From: an uncultured Candidatus Berkelbacteria bacterium
Lineage (GTDB): Bacteria > Patescibacteriota > UBA1384 > UBA12157 > JAENIV01
Assembly (NCBI GenBank): GCA_963698075.1
Contig: OY969116.1
Coordinates: 798,131-862,130, forward strand
Direction: 5' to 3'
DNA: 64,000 nucleotides
Shown: in pieces, positions 1 through 7,392 of the stretch
Layout: each line of letters opens with the position of its first letter
Position numbering within the stretch: position 1 is the first letter of the stretch
Program-made: the position numbers and the translations under genes
The notes under the pieces: model-generated
The model's database searches: none
Told to the model about the DNA's origin: nothing
Seen by the model: only the letters and a program-made list of their open reading frames with translations

Positions 1-102
1 GCTTTTCGGCTATATCTAATCAATTTTCGAATTATTCAATTAGGAATTATGAATTTATATTTAATTCTGAATTCTGAATTGTATAATTGACTAATTGATA
101 TT

Positions 103-723
103 ATGGCTTCACAGATTTTAGGCACAATTGGCGTTTTTATTATTTCGACTATTTCCATCCTGGGCTACGGTGGAATAATGTTTCTGATGGCGATTGAATC
201 CGCCAATATTCCCTTACCTTCGGAAATCATCATGCCGTTTTCCGGGTTTTTGGTCGCCCAGGGTCAGTTTAATTTATGGTTGGTTGGTTTTGTCGGCGCC
301 ATTGGTTGTGTTATTGGTTCAATTTTTTCTTATTGGTTGGGCATGGTCGGAGGCAGGCCCTTGATTGAGCGCTATGGCAAATATATTTTAATTTCCCATC
401 ATGATTTAGATTTAACCGATTCTTGGTTTAAAAAAAGAGGCGAAATCACCGTTTTTATCGGGCGCCTCCTACCGATTGTGCGGACCTTTATTTCTTTCCC
501 CGCGGGCATTGCCAAAATGCCTTTTGGCCGTTTTGTTATTTACAGTCTCTTGGGCTCTTTGCCATGGTGTTTATTGCTTGCTTTTATCGGTCAAAAAATG
601 GGCCAAAATTGGGAAAATTTACGGCCCATTTTTCACCGGTTTGATTACGTTATCTTAGGATTCATAATTCTTGGGGCTATCTGGTGGATTTGGCGCCACC
701 TAAGACAAAATTCTAAGCACTAA
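103..723 (+). CDS. dedA: DedA family membrane protein
   Basis: Motifs ESANIPLPSEIIMPFSG and GRLLPIVRTFISFPAG, plus hydrophobic segments. Confidence 0.9.
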   Translation: MASQILGTIGVFIISTISILGYGGIMFLMAIESANIPLPSEIIMPFSGFLVAQGQFNLWLVGFVGAIGCVIGSIFSYWLGMVGGRPLIERYGKYILISHHDLDLTDSWFKKRGEITVFIGRLLPIVRTFISFPAGIAKMPFGRFVIYSLLGSLPWCLLLAFIGQKMGQNWENLRPIFHRFDYVILGFIILGAIWWIWRHLRQNSKH

Positions 724-846
724 ATTCTAAATCCTAAATAAATTCCCACTGCCGAGGGCAAGGCATTCAATTCAAAAAATTTTAAACATTAGAGCATTGG
801 AATTTAGATATTGTTTAGAAATTAGATATTAGAAATTAGGATTTTC
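705..846. repeat. AT-rich heptamer-periodic imperfect inverted-repeat element (copy 1)
   Basis: Left arm aaattctaagcactaaattctaaatcctaaataaatt and right arm ttggaatttagatattgtttagaaattagatattagaaattagg; near-identical arms at 20165-20312 and a related copy at 49824-49956. Confidence 0.7.
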
Positions 847-847
847 T

Positions 848-1678
848 TTAATCCAGGGCCATATCTTCAGGTTCTGCCTCTTCTTTTTCCCCAGCATATT
901 GAGCTGGTGGATTTTTATCATCAGGGGCAGTTTTTTCTTTATCAGAAATTTTGCCATCGAGTCCCTTTGCCGCCATTGTCGTTTCATCCGGAGCAAATTC
1001 GACGTTTACCTGATCAAGTCCTTCAGTTTTTTCCTGAACCGGCGGTAAGGTGGTTAGAGGTTTATTCGGAATTCCCGCTGGTTCTGGCCTCGAAGGTTCT
1101 TTGGGCATGACCAGTTCTCCTGGTTCACCCTGAGGTTTCTCGAAGGGTTTTTCCGTGGTTGGTTTAGGTGGCGGGGGAATTGGACTAGGTTTTGGTGGTG
1201 GCGGCGCTGGTGGTGTCGGTTTTGGTTCTATCTTAGGTGGAGGTGGCGGCCAAGGTTTTTCTTCTTTGGGTTTTGGTGGCTGGGGAGCAGCGAACCCGGC
1301 GGGTTTACCCTGAGCAGAGTCGAAGGGCTTGGGTGGCTCGCCTCGATTCGGCGAAGCGGGTGGCGGAGGAGGCTTAACCGGCGGTGTCATTGGTTTCGGT
1401 GGTGGTGTGGGAACAGTCGAAGGCGGGTGCTCAACCATCGGCGGTAGGCCGACTTTTTCCGGCGCCTTTTTAATTTCTTCCTTGATGTCGGCTTTTTGAA
1501 TCTGACCGCCAGTAATTAATTCTAAATATTTGGCATCAATAATCGCCACCGCCGGCTTACCGCCCTTAGTTAGAACAAAAAGCTTATCTTTTTGAACTTC
1601 AGCTACAATTTGCGAAAAATGATCTCGGGCGTAGGTTAGGGGAATGATGTTTTCTAAAGAAACCTTGAGTTCGTTCAT
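848..1678 (-). CDS. Phd/YefM-like N-terminal domain fused to a long Pro-rich disordered tail
   Basis: IIPLTYARDHFSQIVAEV...VLTKGGKPAVAII matches the Phd/YefM pattern; the remainder is Pro/Lys/Glu-rich; SD GGAGG upstream. Confidence 0.7.
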   Translation of the reverse strand: MNELKVSLENIIPLTYARDHFSQIVAEVQKDKLFVLTKGGKPAVAIIDAKYLELITGGQIQKADIKEEIKKAPEKVGLPPMVEHPPSTVPTPPPKPMTPPVKPPPPPASPNRGEPPKPFDSAQGKPAGFAAPQPPKPKEEKPWPPPPPKIEPKPTPPAPPPPKPSPIPPPPKPTTEKPFEKPQGEPGELVMPKEPSRPEPAGIPNKPLTTLPPVQEKTEGLDQVNVEFAPDETTMAAKGLDGKISDKEKTAPDDKNPPAQYAGEKEEAEPEDMALD

Positions 1679-1698
1679 AAACCCTCCTTAATGATACA

Positions 1699-1754
1699 GC
1701 CAATAAAATGCGGCCAATAAAATGCGGCCAATATAATGCGCCCAGTATAATGGT
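1699..1754. repeat. Four tandem 14-bp repeats
   Basis: gccaataaaatgcg x2, gccaatataatgcg, cccagtataatggt. Confidence 0.85.
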
Positions 1755-1818
1755 CATTTTAATCATATCAGGGATGTATTTTGACTGTCAAATGTGTCCC
1801 GTGGAGACATCCATACCC

Positions 1819-1847
1819 TTGACATTTGAGTGTTTTTATGGTATAAT
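1819..1847 (+). promoter_or_regulatory. Consensus sigma70 promoter
   Basis: TTGACA-N17-TATAAT exact match. Confidence 0.8.
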
Positions 1848-2040
1848 ATGAATTACCTAAAGATAGGAAACTCTTGAGGATAGAACTGAAACGTGCTAAA
1901 CTCAAGAGCGAAGTTGACACTGAATCGGGGACGGAAAGGGGTTTGCGGTGTTGAGGCGTCTGATAGTGTTACTGGCCTGCGCTTGGGATTGGTGGGCCAA
2001 GACCGTCTTGAGCTGAAAGGATCGAAAGGAGACAAGCAAC

Positions 2041-2310
2041 ATGGCAGTCGACGGTTACGCTGCAGAGGACGAAGACATCTTCGATTGGAGCGATCTGGCC
2101 CGCTGGTATCGGGGCCATCGCTGGTTCGTCTGGGGATTCATCGGCCTGTTTTTCGGCTGGTGCATCCGCGCCGGGTTTGGCCAAGGTGGCTGGTACCAGC
2201 TCCACGCCACTTGGTACCACTACCCGCCGTCGTTGTTCTGGGGGCTTCTGGGCTGGGCGATTCAAACTCTCGGAGGGCTTCTGCTTCTCTGGGGGTTCGC
2301 GAAGAGGTAG
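2041..2310 (+). CDS. Small Trp/Gly-rich two-TM membrane protein (hypothetical)
   Basis: SD AAAGGAG before ATG; two hydrophobic segments; lies between the promoter at 1819 and the terminator at 2437. Confidence 0.6.
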   Translation: MAVDGYAAEDEDIFDWSDLARWYRGHRWFVWGFIGLFFGWCIRAGFGQGGWYQLHATWYHYPPSLFWGLLGWAIQTLGGLLLLWGFAKR

Positions 2311-2436
2311 GCTGCGTCGTTCACGGAGGGGATTTCGATCCCCACCACGGCCCCGCTCATCGGGGCCAAAGAGCAAGTTGTGGCTGTTGGCTCCGTTCAC
2401 AGCGGGGCAGGAGGTCGCAATTTGCTCTGTCGTACG

Positions 2437-2473
2437 GGGCCGTTCGGCGTGCAGCCGAACGGCCCGCTTTTTT
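2437..2473 (+). terminator. Rho-independent terminator
   Basis: 12-bp stem gggccgttcggc/gccgaacggccc followed by a T run. Confidence 0.85.
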
Positions 2474-2531
2474 AATTTTTAGACCTGTTAATATGATTGA
2501 CATTTACCTCAAAATAGAATGCCTAAAATCC

Positions 2532-2560
2532 TTGACTTACAAGGTATTTTATGGTATACT
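2532..2560 (+). promoter_or_regulatory. Sigma70 promoter
   Basis: TTGACT-N17-TATACT. Confidence 0.65.
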
Positions 2561-2604
2561 ATATAAATAATCGGGATACTAAAAATAAAAACAAAGGAAA
2601 AGCG

Positions 2605-2790
2605 ATGAGTGAAAAATCAATCATTTCCTTCGAGCAAAAAGCAATTTTGACCGAGGAGCAAAAAAGATATCTTGGCCAAAGAGCCAGGGATTTGACCGAA
2701 GAAGAATCCGAATATATTGACTGGCAAACTAATGATCCAGAAAGACAAGAGAGAATTTCTGCTCGACACCGAAAGATGGAGACCCATTAA
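2605..2790 (+). CDS. Small charged hypothetical protein
   Basis: AAAGGA SD before ATG 2605 (MSEKSIISF...). Confidence 0.55.
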   Translation: MSEKSIISFEQKAILTEEQKRYLGQRARDLTEEESEYIDWQTNDPERQERISARHRKMETH

Positions 2791-2800
2791 GGAGAACAGA

Positions 2801-2959
2801 ATGCCCGAGAAGGCTCCAATAGACGAACAATTAGATGAAAAGACTAAAAAGGAGATAAAAGATCTCCAAAAAGATTATACTATTGCCCCTGACGGCACAG
2901 TTGTCAAAATTAATGATTATTTTGCCAATCCCGAAACTCCAGAGAAGCAGTTAAGTTAA
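2801..2959 (+). CDS. Small hypothetical protein
   Basis: TAAGGAG SD overlapping the upstream stop; ATG 2801 (MPEKAPIDEQ...). Confidence 0.55.
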   Translation: MPEKAPIDEQLDEKTKKEIKDLQKDYTIAPDGTVVKINDYFANPETPEKQLS

Positions 2960-2967
2960 TAGTCCGC

Positions 2968-3068
2968 GGGTTAAGGTGAGGATGCTGGTTTGGGTAAAGT
3001 CATTAGTTGATTGGCAACAATACCTAAGACCTAACCTATTGACCATACTAGCTTCTTTACCCTAACCC
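2968..3068 (+). ncRNA. Candidate rod-shaped structured RNA of about 100 nt
   Basis: 22-nt outer arms pair with 3 G-U pairs and 2 mismatches on the + strand; inner stems end in attg-GCAA-caat. Confidence 0.4.
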
Positions 3069-3113
3069 AATAACTTTTTGCATTTTGCATTTCTAATCTG
3101 ATATAATCAGAGC

Positions 3114-4412
3114 ATGTTAGACTACCAATTGTCTACTTTTAATAATGGGCTAAAATTAATTACCGCCCCTCTGGCGAATACCCGAGCGGTCACGGTTTTG
3201 TTTTTGGCTGGTGTCGGCTCACGTTATGAGCCCAAAACGCTTAATGGTCTTTCTCATTTTCTGGAGCATATGTTTTTCAAAGGCACCGAAAAGCGCCCCA
3301 CCAATTTAGAGATCGCCAAAGCCCTGGACGCGGTCGGCGCCAGTTACAATGCTTTTACCGCTGAAGAATATACTGGTTTTTACGTCCGTGCCTCCTCCGT
3401 CCATTTTGATCTGGCCCTAGATATCTTGTTTGATATCTTGTATCAAAGCAAGTTCAGCGAAAAAGAAATTGAAAAGGAGAAGGGGGTCATTGCTGAAGAA
3501 ATTAATCTTTATCAAGATACCCCGCCGAGCTACATTGTTGATGTCGCCAAAAAACTCTTTTATGGGGAGCAGCCCCTCGGCTGGCCAGTCACCGGCGAAA
3601 AAGAGACTCTAAAAAAATTTGCTCGAAAAGACCTTTTGGCGTATCGAGATAATTTTTTCACACCTGATAATCTAATCATTGCCATCTCCGGCGGCCCTTC
3701 GACAGGCTCAGGGCAAGGCAAAAACAACCTCAATTGGCAAGAAAAAATCCATCAATTTTTCGATAAAATCACGACCAAAAAACAAGGTGATTATCTTCGA
3801 ATCAAAGAAGGACAAACCAAACCAGCAATGCTTATTCATCACAAAATTACTGACCAAGCTCATCTGATTTTAGGTTTCCGCACAATCCCGCGCACTGACG
3901 AGCGTCGGCCGATTCTTAAGGTCTTAAATAATTTGCTGGGTGAAAATATGTCTTCAAGGCTATTTAGCGAGGTGCGAGAAAGACGGGGATTGGCCTACTA
4001 TATTTCTTCGGAAATGGCGGATTTTCAAGATGCCGGCGTCTTTGGCGTTTCGGCTGGGGTTGATCTTAGCCGAGCCGAGGAAGCCATTAAAGTCATTTTA
4101 GAAGAATTTAGCAAGCTTAAAACTACCTTGGTCGGCGGCGACGAACTTAGATGTGCCAAAGAAAACCTTAAAGGCAAGCTCTATTTGAGTCTAGAAGAAT
4201 CCTTCGCCGTTGCTGATTTTTTGGCTGAACAGACGCTCTTTTGGGACAAAATTGATGATCCTGACGAATTGGTCAAAAAATATGAAAAAGTTACGGCTCA
4301 AGATATTCAAAAATTTGCCAGAAGATTTTTTATTCCTAAAAATCTTAATTTAGCCATGATTGCTCCTTTTAAAGAGTCCAATAATTTTCAAAAAATCCTA
4401 GAAAGGTTTTGA
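3114..4412 (+). CDS. M16 family (insulinase-like) zinc peptidase
   Basis: HxxEH motif HFLEHMFFKGT; SSRLFSEVRERRGLAY. Confidence 0.92.
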   Translation: MLDYQLSTFNNGLKLITAPLANTRAVTVLFLAGVGSRYEPKTLNGLSHFLEHMFFKGTEKRPTNLEIAKALDAVGASYNAFTAEEYTGFYVRASSVHFDLALDILFDILYQSKFSEKEIEKEKGVIAEEINLYQDTPPSYIVDVAKKLFYGEQPLGWPVTGEKETLKKFARKDLLAYRDNFFTPDNLIIAISGGPSTGSGQGKNNLNWQEKIHQFFDKITTKKQGDYLRIKEGQTKPAMLIHHKITDQAHLILGFRTIPRTDERRPILKVLNNLLGENMSSRLFSEVRERRGLAYYISSEMADFQDAGVFGVSAGVDLSRAEEAIKVILEEFSKLKTTLVGGDELRCAKENLKGKLYLSLEESFAVADFLAEQTLFWDKIDDPDELVKKYEKVTAQDIQKFARRFFIPKNLNLAMIAPFKESNNFQKILERF

Positions 4413-5014
4413 TGAAAAACAATGAAAAAACTCTTATTGCCATCAAACCCGAGTCCATCCAGCGTCATCTTATCGGTGAATTTATTTCTAAATTTGAAAA
4501 AAGAGGTCTGAAGTTGGTTGCCTGTAAGATGGTTGTGCCCACGAAAGTTCAAATTGAAAAACACTATCCCGATGATGAAGCCTGGTACGTTTCCTCAGGC
4601 ACCAAAACATATGAAAACTATCAAGAGCGGGGGATTGATCCCGGGATGACGCCGATTGAGTTGGCCAAACGCACTCGCCAAAGATTAATCGAGCATTTGT
4701 CGGATCGGCCGTTGTTGTTGATGGTTTGGGAAGGGCCGCATGCCGTGGCTTTGGGAAGAAAAACTGCTGGCGCCACCAATCCTTTGATCGCGGATATTGG
4801 CTCGATTCGAGGTGATTATAGCGCTGAAAGTTATGAACTGGCCGATGACATTGAACGTGCCATTCACACTCTCATTCATGCCTCTGGTTCTCCCAAAGAG
4901 GCTGAGACGGAAATTAAGCTCTGGTTTTCCAAAGACGAAATTCTCGATTATGATTTAATCACCGAAAATGTTTTTTATACCAAAGAATGGGGCAAAGTCA
5001 AAAAGAAGAAATAA
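4409..5014 (+). CDS. ndk: Nucleoside diphosphate kinase
   Basis: EKTLIAIKPE, GATNP...GSIRGDY and IHASGS (catalytic His). Confidence 0.9.
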   Translation: MMKNNEKTLIAIKPESIQRHLIGEFISKFEKRGLKLVACKMVVPTKVQIEKHYPDDEAWYVSSGTKTYENYQERGIDPGMTPIELAKRTRQRLIEHLSDRPLLLMVWEGPHAVALGRKTAGATNPLIADIGSIRGDYSAESYELADDIERAIHTLIHASGSPKEAETEIKLWFSKDEILDYDLITENVFYTKEWGKVKKKK

Positions 5015-5026
5015 AGTGGTTAAACT

Positions 5027-6118
5027 ATGTTAAGAGCTTATTTACCACCTTTAATTATTTCTGCCTTGATGGTTTTTGGGCTGACTTATTACGTCAAAAT
5101 CCTGGCGGAAAAATTTAAAATTTTTGATTGGCCGGCTCCCAGAAAAATCCATCCCAAACCGATTCCACGTTTGGGTGGGATGGCGATTGTGGTCGCTTTT
5201 TTAATTTTGGTCATCGGCTATTCCTTGGCCTCTCACCGGCTCAATTTCTCCGGGTTTGAGATTTTAAAGGTTGATAAAAGACTAGTCGGCGTGATTTTGG
5301 GTCTTTTGATTTTACTGACTGTTGGCATTTTTGATGATATTCGGGGGATCAGGCCCTGGAAGAAATTGTTTTGGCATATTTTAGCCGCCGCCATGGTTGT
5401 CCTTTTCGGTCTTTCGGTCAGTTATGTCCGTTTGCCCTTTGGTGAACATCTTGATTTGACGACTTTACAAATCCCGATCTCGCTCTTCGATCACGGTTTT
5501 AACTTTGTCGTCTGGGGCGATTTGTTGACCATTTTTTGGATCGTTCTTTTGATTAATACTTTTAATTTTCTCGATGGACTCGATGGTTTATCTTCGGGGA
5601 TTGCCGCCATCACCGGAGGGGTGATTTTTTTCTTAAGTTTAGCCTTAGTCCAAGACGCCAATGCCTTGTTGGCCGTTTTAATTACGGGGGTATGTCTTGG
5701 TTTTTTGCCCTGGAATTTTAACCCAGCCAGAATCTTCTTGGGTGATTCCGGTTCGATGAGCCTGGGTTTTTTAATCGGAGTTTTATCAATCATTTCCGGC
5801 GGGAAACTGGCAACCGCTTTTTTGGTTTTGGGAATTCCGGTTTTGGATGTTGGATGGGTAGTGTTAAGGCGATTATTTAGTGGGATTTCGCCTTTTGCGG
5901 CGGATAAAAAACATCTTCACCATCGCTTATTAACCGCCGGTCTTTCCCAGCGTCAGGCAGTCATTGTCTTGTATTTGATTGCGATTGTCTTTGGTTCGGT
6001 GGCAGTGGTGGCTTCCACCCAAGCAAAAATTAATGCCATTTTGATCCTTTCGGGGCTGATGGCCGCTTTAGCTTTGGTTTTAGTTAGATTAGAATGGAGA
6101 AAGAGAGATAAAATCTAA
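5027..6118 (+). CDS. Undecaprenyl-phosphate GlcNAc-1-P transferase (WecA/TagO, glycosyltransferase family 4)
   Basis: PIPRLGG, NFLDGLDGL, IFLGDSGS and HLHHRL motifs. Confidence 0.9.
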   Translation: MLRAYLPPLIISALMVFGLTYYVKILAEKFKIFDWPAPRKIHPKPIPRLGGMAIVVAFLILVIGYSLASHRLNFSGFEILKVDKRLVGVILGLLILLTVGIFDDIRGIRPWKKLFWHILAAAMVVLFGLSVSYVRLPFGEHLDLTTLQIPISLFDHGFNFVVWGDLLTIFWIVLLINTFNFLDGLDGLSSGIAAITGGVIFFLSLALVQDANALLAVLITGVCLGFLPWNFNPARIFLGDSGSMSLGFLIGVLSIISGGKLATAFLVLGIPVLDVGWVVLRRLFSGISPFAADKKHLHHRLLTAGLSQRQAVIVLYLIAIVFGSVAVVASTQAKINAILILSGLMAALALVLVRLEWRKRDKI

Positions 6119-6127
6119 GGAAGGGAA

Positions 6128-6226
6128 ATGGAAAAGAGATCTTGTCAACGGACTTTACTAATCATTCTTATAATTTTAGTTATTTTAGGCATGGTTGGCG
6201 TCTTCGTCGGCCAGATTTGGAAGTAG
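6128..6226 (+). CDS. Unannotated 32-aa single-TM peptide
   Basis: MEKRSCQRTLLIILIILVILGMVGVFVGQIWK; purine-rich SD aaggaaggga; fills the gap between convergent genes. Confidence 0.5.
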   Translation: MEKRSCQRTLLIILIILVILGMVGVFVGQIWK

Positions 6227-6228
6227 AT

Positions 6229-6984
6229 TTAGTTTTTCTTTGCCATTCTCCAGGCCATTTCAAAGAAATTTCGATATGAGTTCGCAATATTTTCGCTCTC
6301 AATTAAGATCACAAAAACCTCTTTTCTAAGCGAGAAAATCGCCAGTTTATTGCCAAAAATCATATTATCGTTTTCTTGAAATTCAATCCCTCTGGGAAAA
6401 AACCTGATTTGATGGTTTGGATTGGCATTTTGGCTAATTTTTTTAAGATAATCAGAATCTTTCAGTTCTTCTTTCATCAAAATTTCTCGGGCTTTGAATC
6501 TTTTATTTTTCATCGCCCGAACCCACATATCGAGCAAATCTTTATATTCCTCCAAAAAATGCTTGGTAGAGCCAAAGTAGAGGACTTCTTTGCCGGTTTT
6601 AAGATTTTCTGCCATCTCTCGGTAGATTAACTCCACGCCCGCCCGGCCCTCAAAAACCTGAATCGAGGGCTTATGGGGCTGCTCATGATAAAACCTGTCT
6701 AATTCAGGTAGGACTTTTTCCAGGGTATCTTTTTGTTTTTCGATTTTCAAGAGTAATTTAGTCGGGGAAATAACTGAATAAAAGGTAACTTTGGGAGTTT
6801 TTTTGATGGCAACTAAACCGTGTTTTTTGAGTTTTTCTAAGATAAAATAAACGGTTGAGCGCTTAAGACCGCTTCTTTGGGCGAGATTGTAGGCCGTCTC
6901 CTGACCCATTTTAAGGGAGGCGAGATAGACCTTCGCCTCCTTTTCATTTAAACCGATTGTCTCCAAAACCTCTTCAATCCTCAT
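6229..6984 (-). CDS. TrmB family transcriptional regulator
   Basis: GLNEKEAKVYLASL...RSTVYFILEKL winged HTH followed by a PSIQVFEGRAG effector domain. Confidence 0.88.
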   Translation of the reverse strand: MRIEEVLETIGLNEKEAKVYLASLKMGQETAYNLAQRSGLKRSTVYFILEKLKKHGLVAIKKTPKVTFYSVISPTKLLLKIEKQKDTLEKVLPELDRFYHEQPHKPSIQVFEGRAGVELIYREMAENLKTGKEVLYFGSTKHFLEEYKDLLDMWVRAMKNKRFKAREILMKEELKDSDYLKKISQNANPNHQIRFFPRGIEFQENDNMIFGNKLAIFSLRKEVFVILIESENIANSYRNFFEMAWRMAKKN

Positions 6985-7099
6985 ATCTTAAGTATACCAT
7001 AAATAGGAGCCAGTGTCAATATTTTCGACAACACTATAAACGACATAAGATTACAATACTTCAATAAACCATATAAACACGCATAAATAGTCTAAAGTA

Positions 7100-7128
7100 T
7101 TGACAATATCGAGGGCATATGGTATACT
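7100..7128 (+). promoter_or_regulatory. Sigma70 promoter of the radical SAM cassette
   Basis: TTGACA-N17-TATACT. Confidence 0.7.
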
Positions 7129-7149
7129 CTATAGTTGTAAAATCGAACC

Positions 7150-7392
7150 TTGACAAGAAGGGAGAAAAGGGTGTCATATTCCGTTGATATGTGCTTATTG
7201 TTACTGGTTAGTTGCTTCGTCATCTTGATATTGGTTGTAGTCGGATTCGGCATCTGGTTTGATTTGCGGCATGAAGCGGGTAAGAAAATCCCACCTTTTT
7301 GGTTTCGTGTCTACCTGCTGCTGGTCTGGTGCTGGTTGTTTATTACTGTTTGGGTTCTAGCGGCAAAACACATAAAGGAGTGTTTCCGATGA
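7150..7392 (+). CDS. Small two-TM membrane protein (true start probably downstream of 7150)
   Basis: Two hydrophobic helices; stop overlaps the next ATG (ATGA). Confidence 0.5.
   Translation: MTRREKRVSYSVDMCLLLLVSCFVILILVVVGFGIWFDLRHEAGKKIPPFWFRVYLLLVWCWLFITVWVLAAKHIKECFR

Noticed and set aside
1699-1754. Possible CRISPR array
   Set aside because: Repeats are 14 bp and contiguous with no spacers; no cas genes in the window
2320-2355. tRNA/tmRNA 3'-end-like hairpin (ggggatttcgatcccc...cca)
   Set aside because: No matching acceptor 5' strand, D arm or anticodon arm
1893-2570. 225-aa + strand ORF and 143-aa - strand ORF over the GC-rich cassette
   Set aside because: Arg/Gly-rich shadow frames that run through the terminator and lack an SD; the 89-aa ORF has the SD and a protein-like composition
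7299-7388. N-terminal extension of the B12 radical SAM in the ORF track
   Set aside because: It overlaps the upstream ORF; the SD and ATGA coupling support ATG 7389
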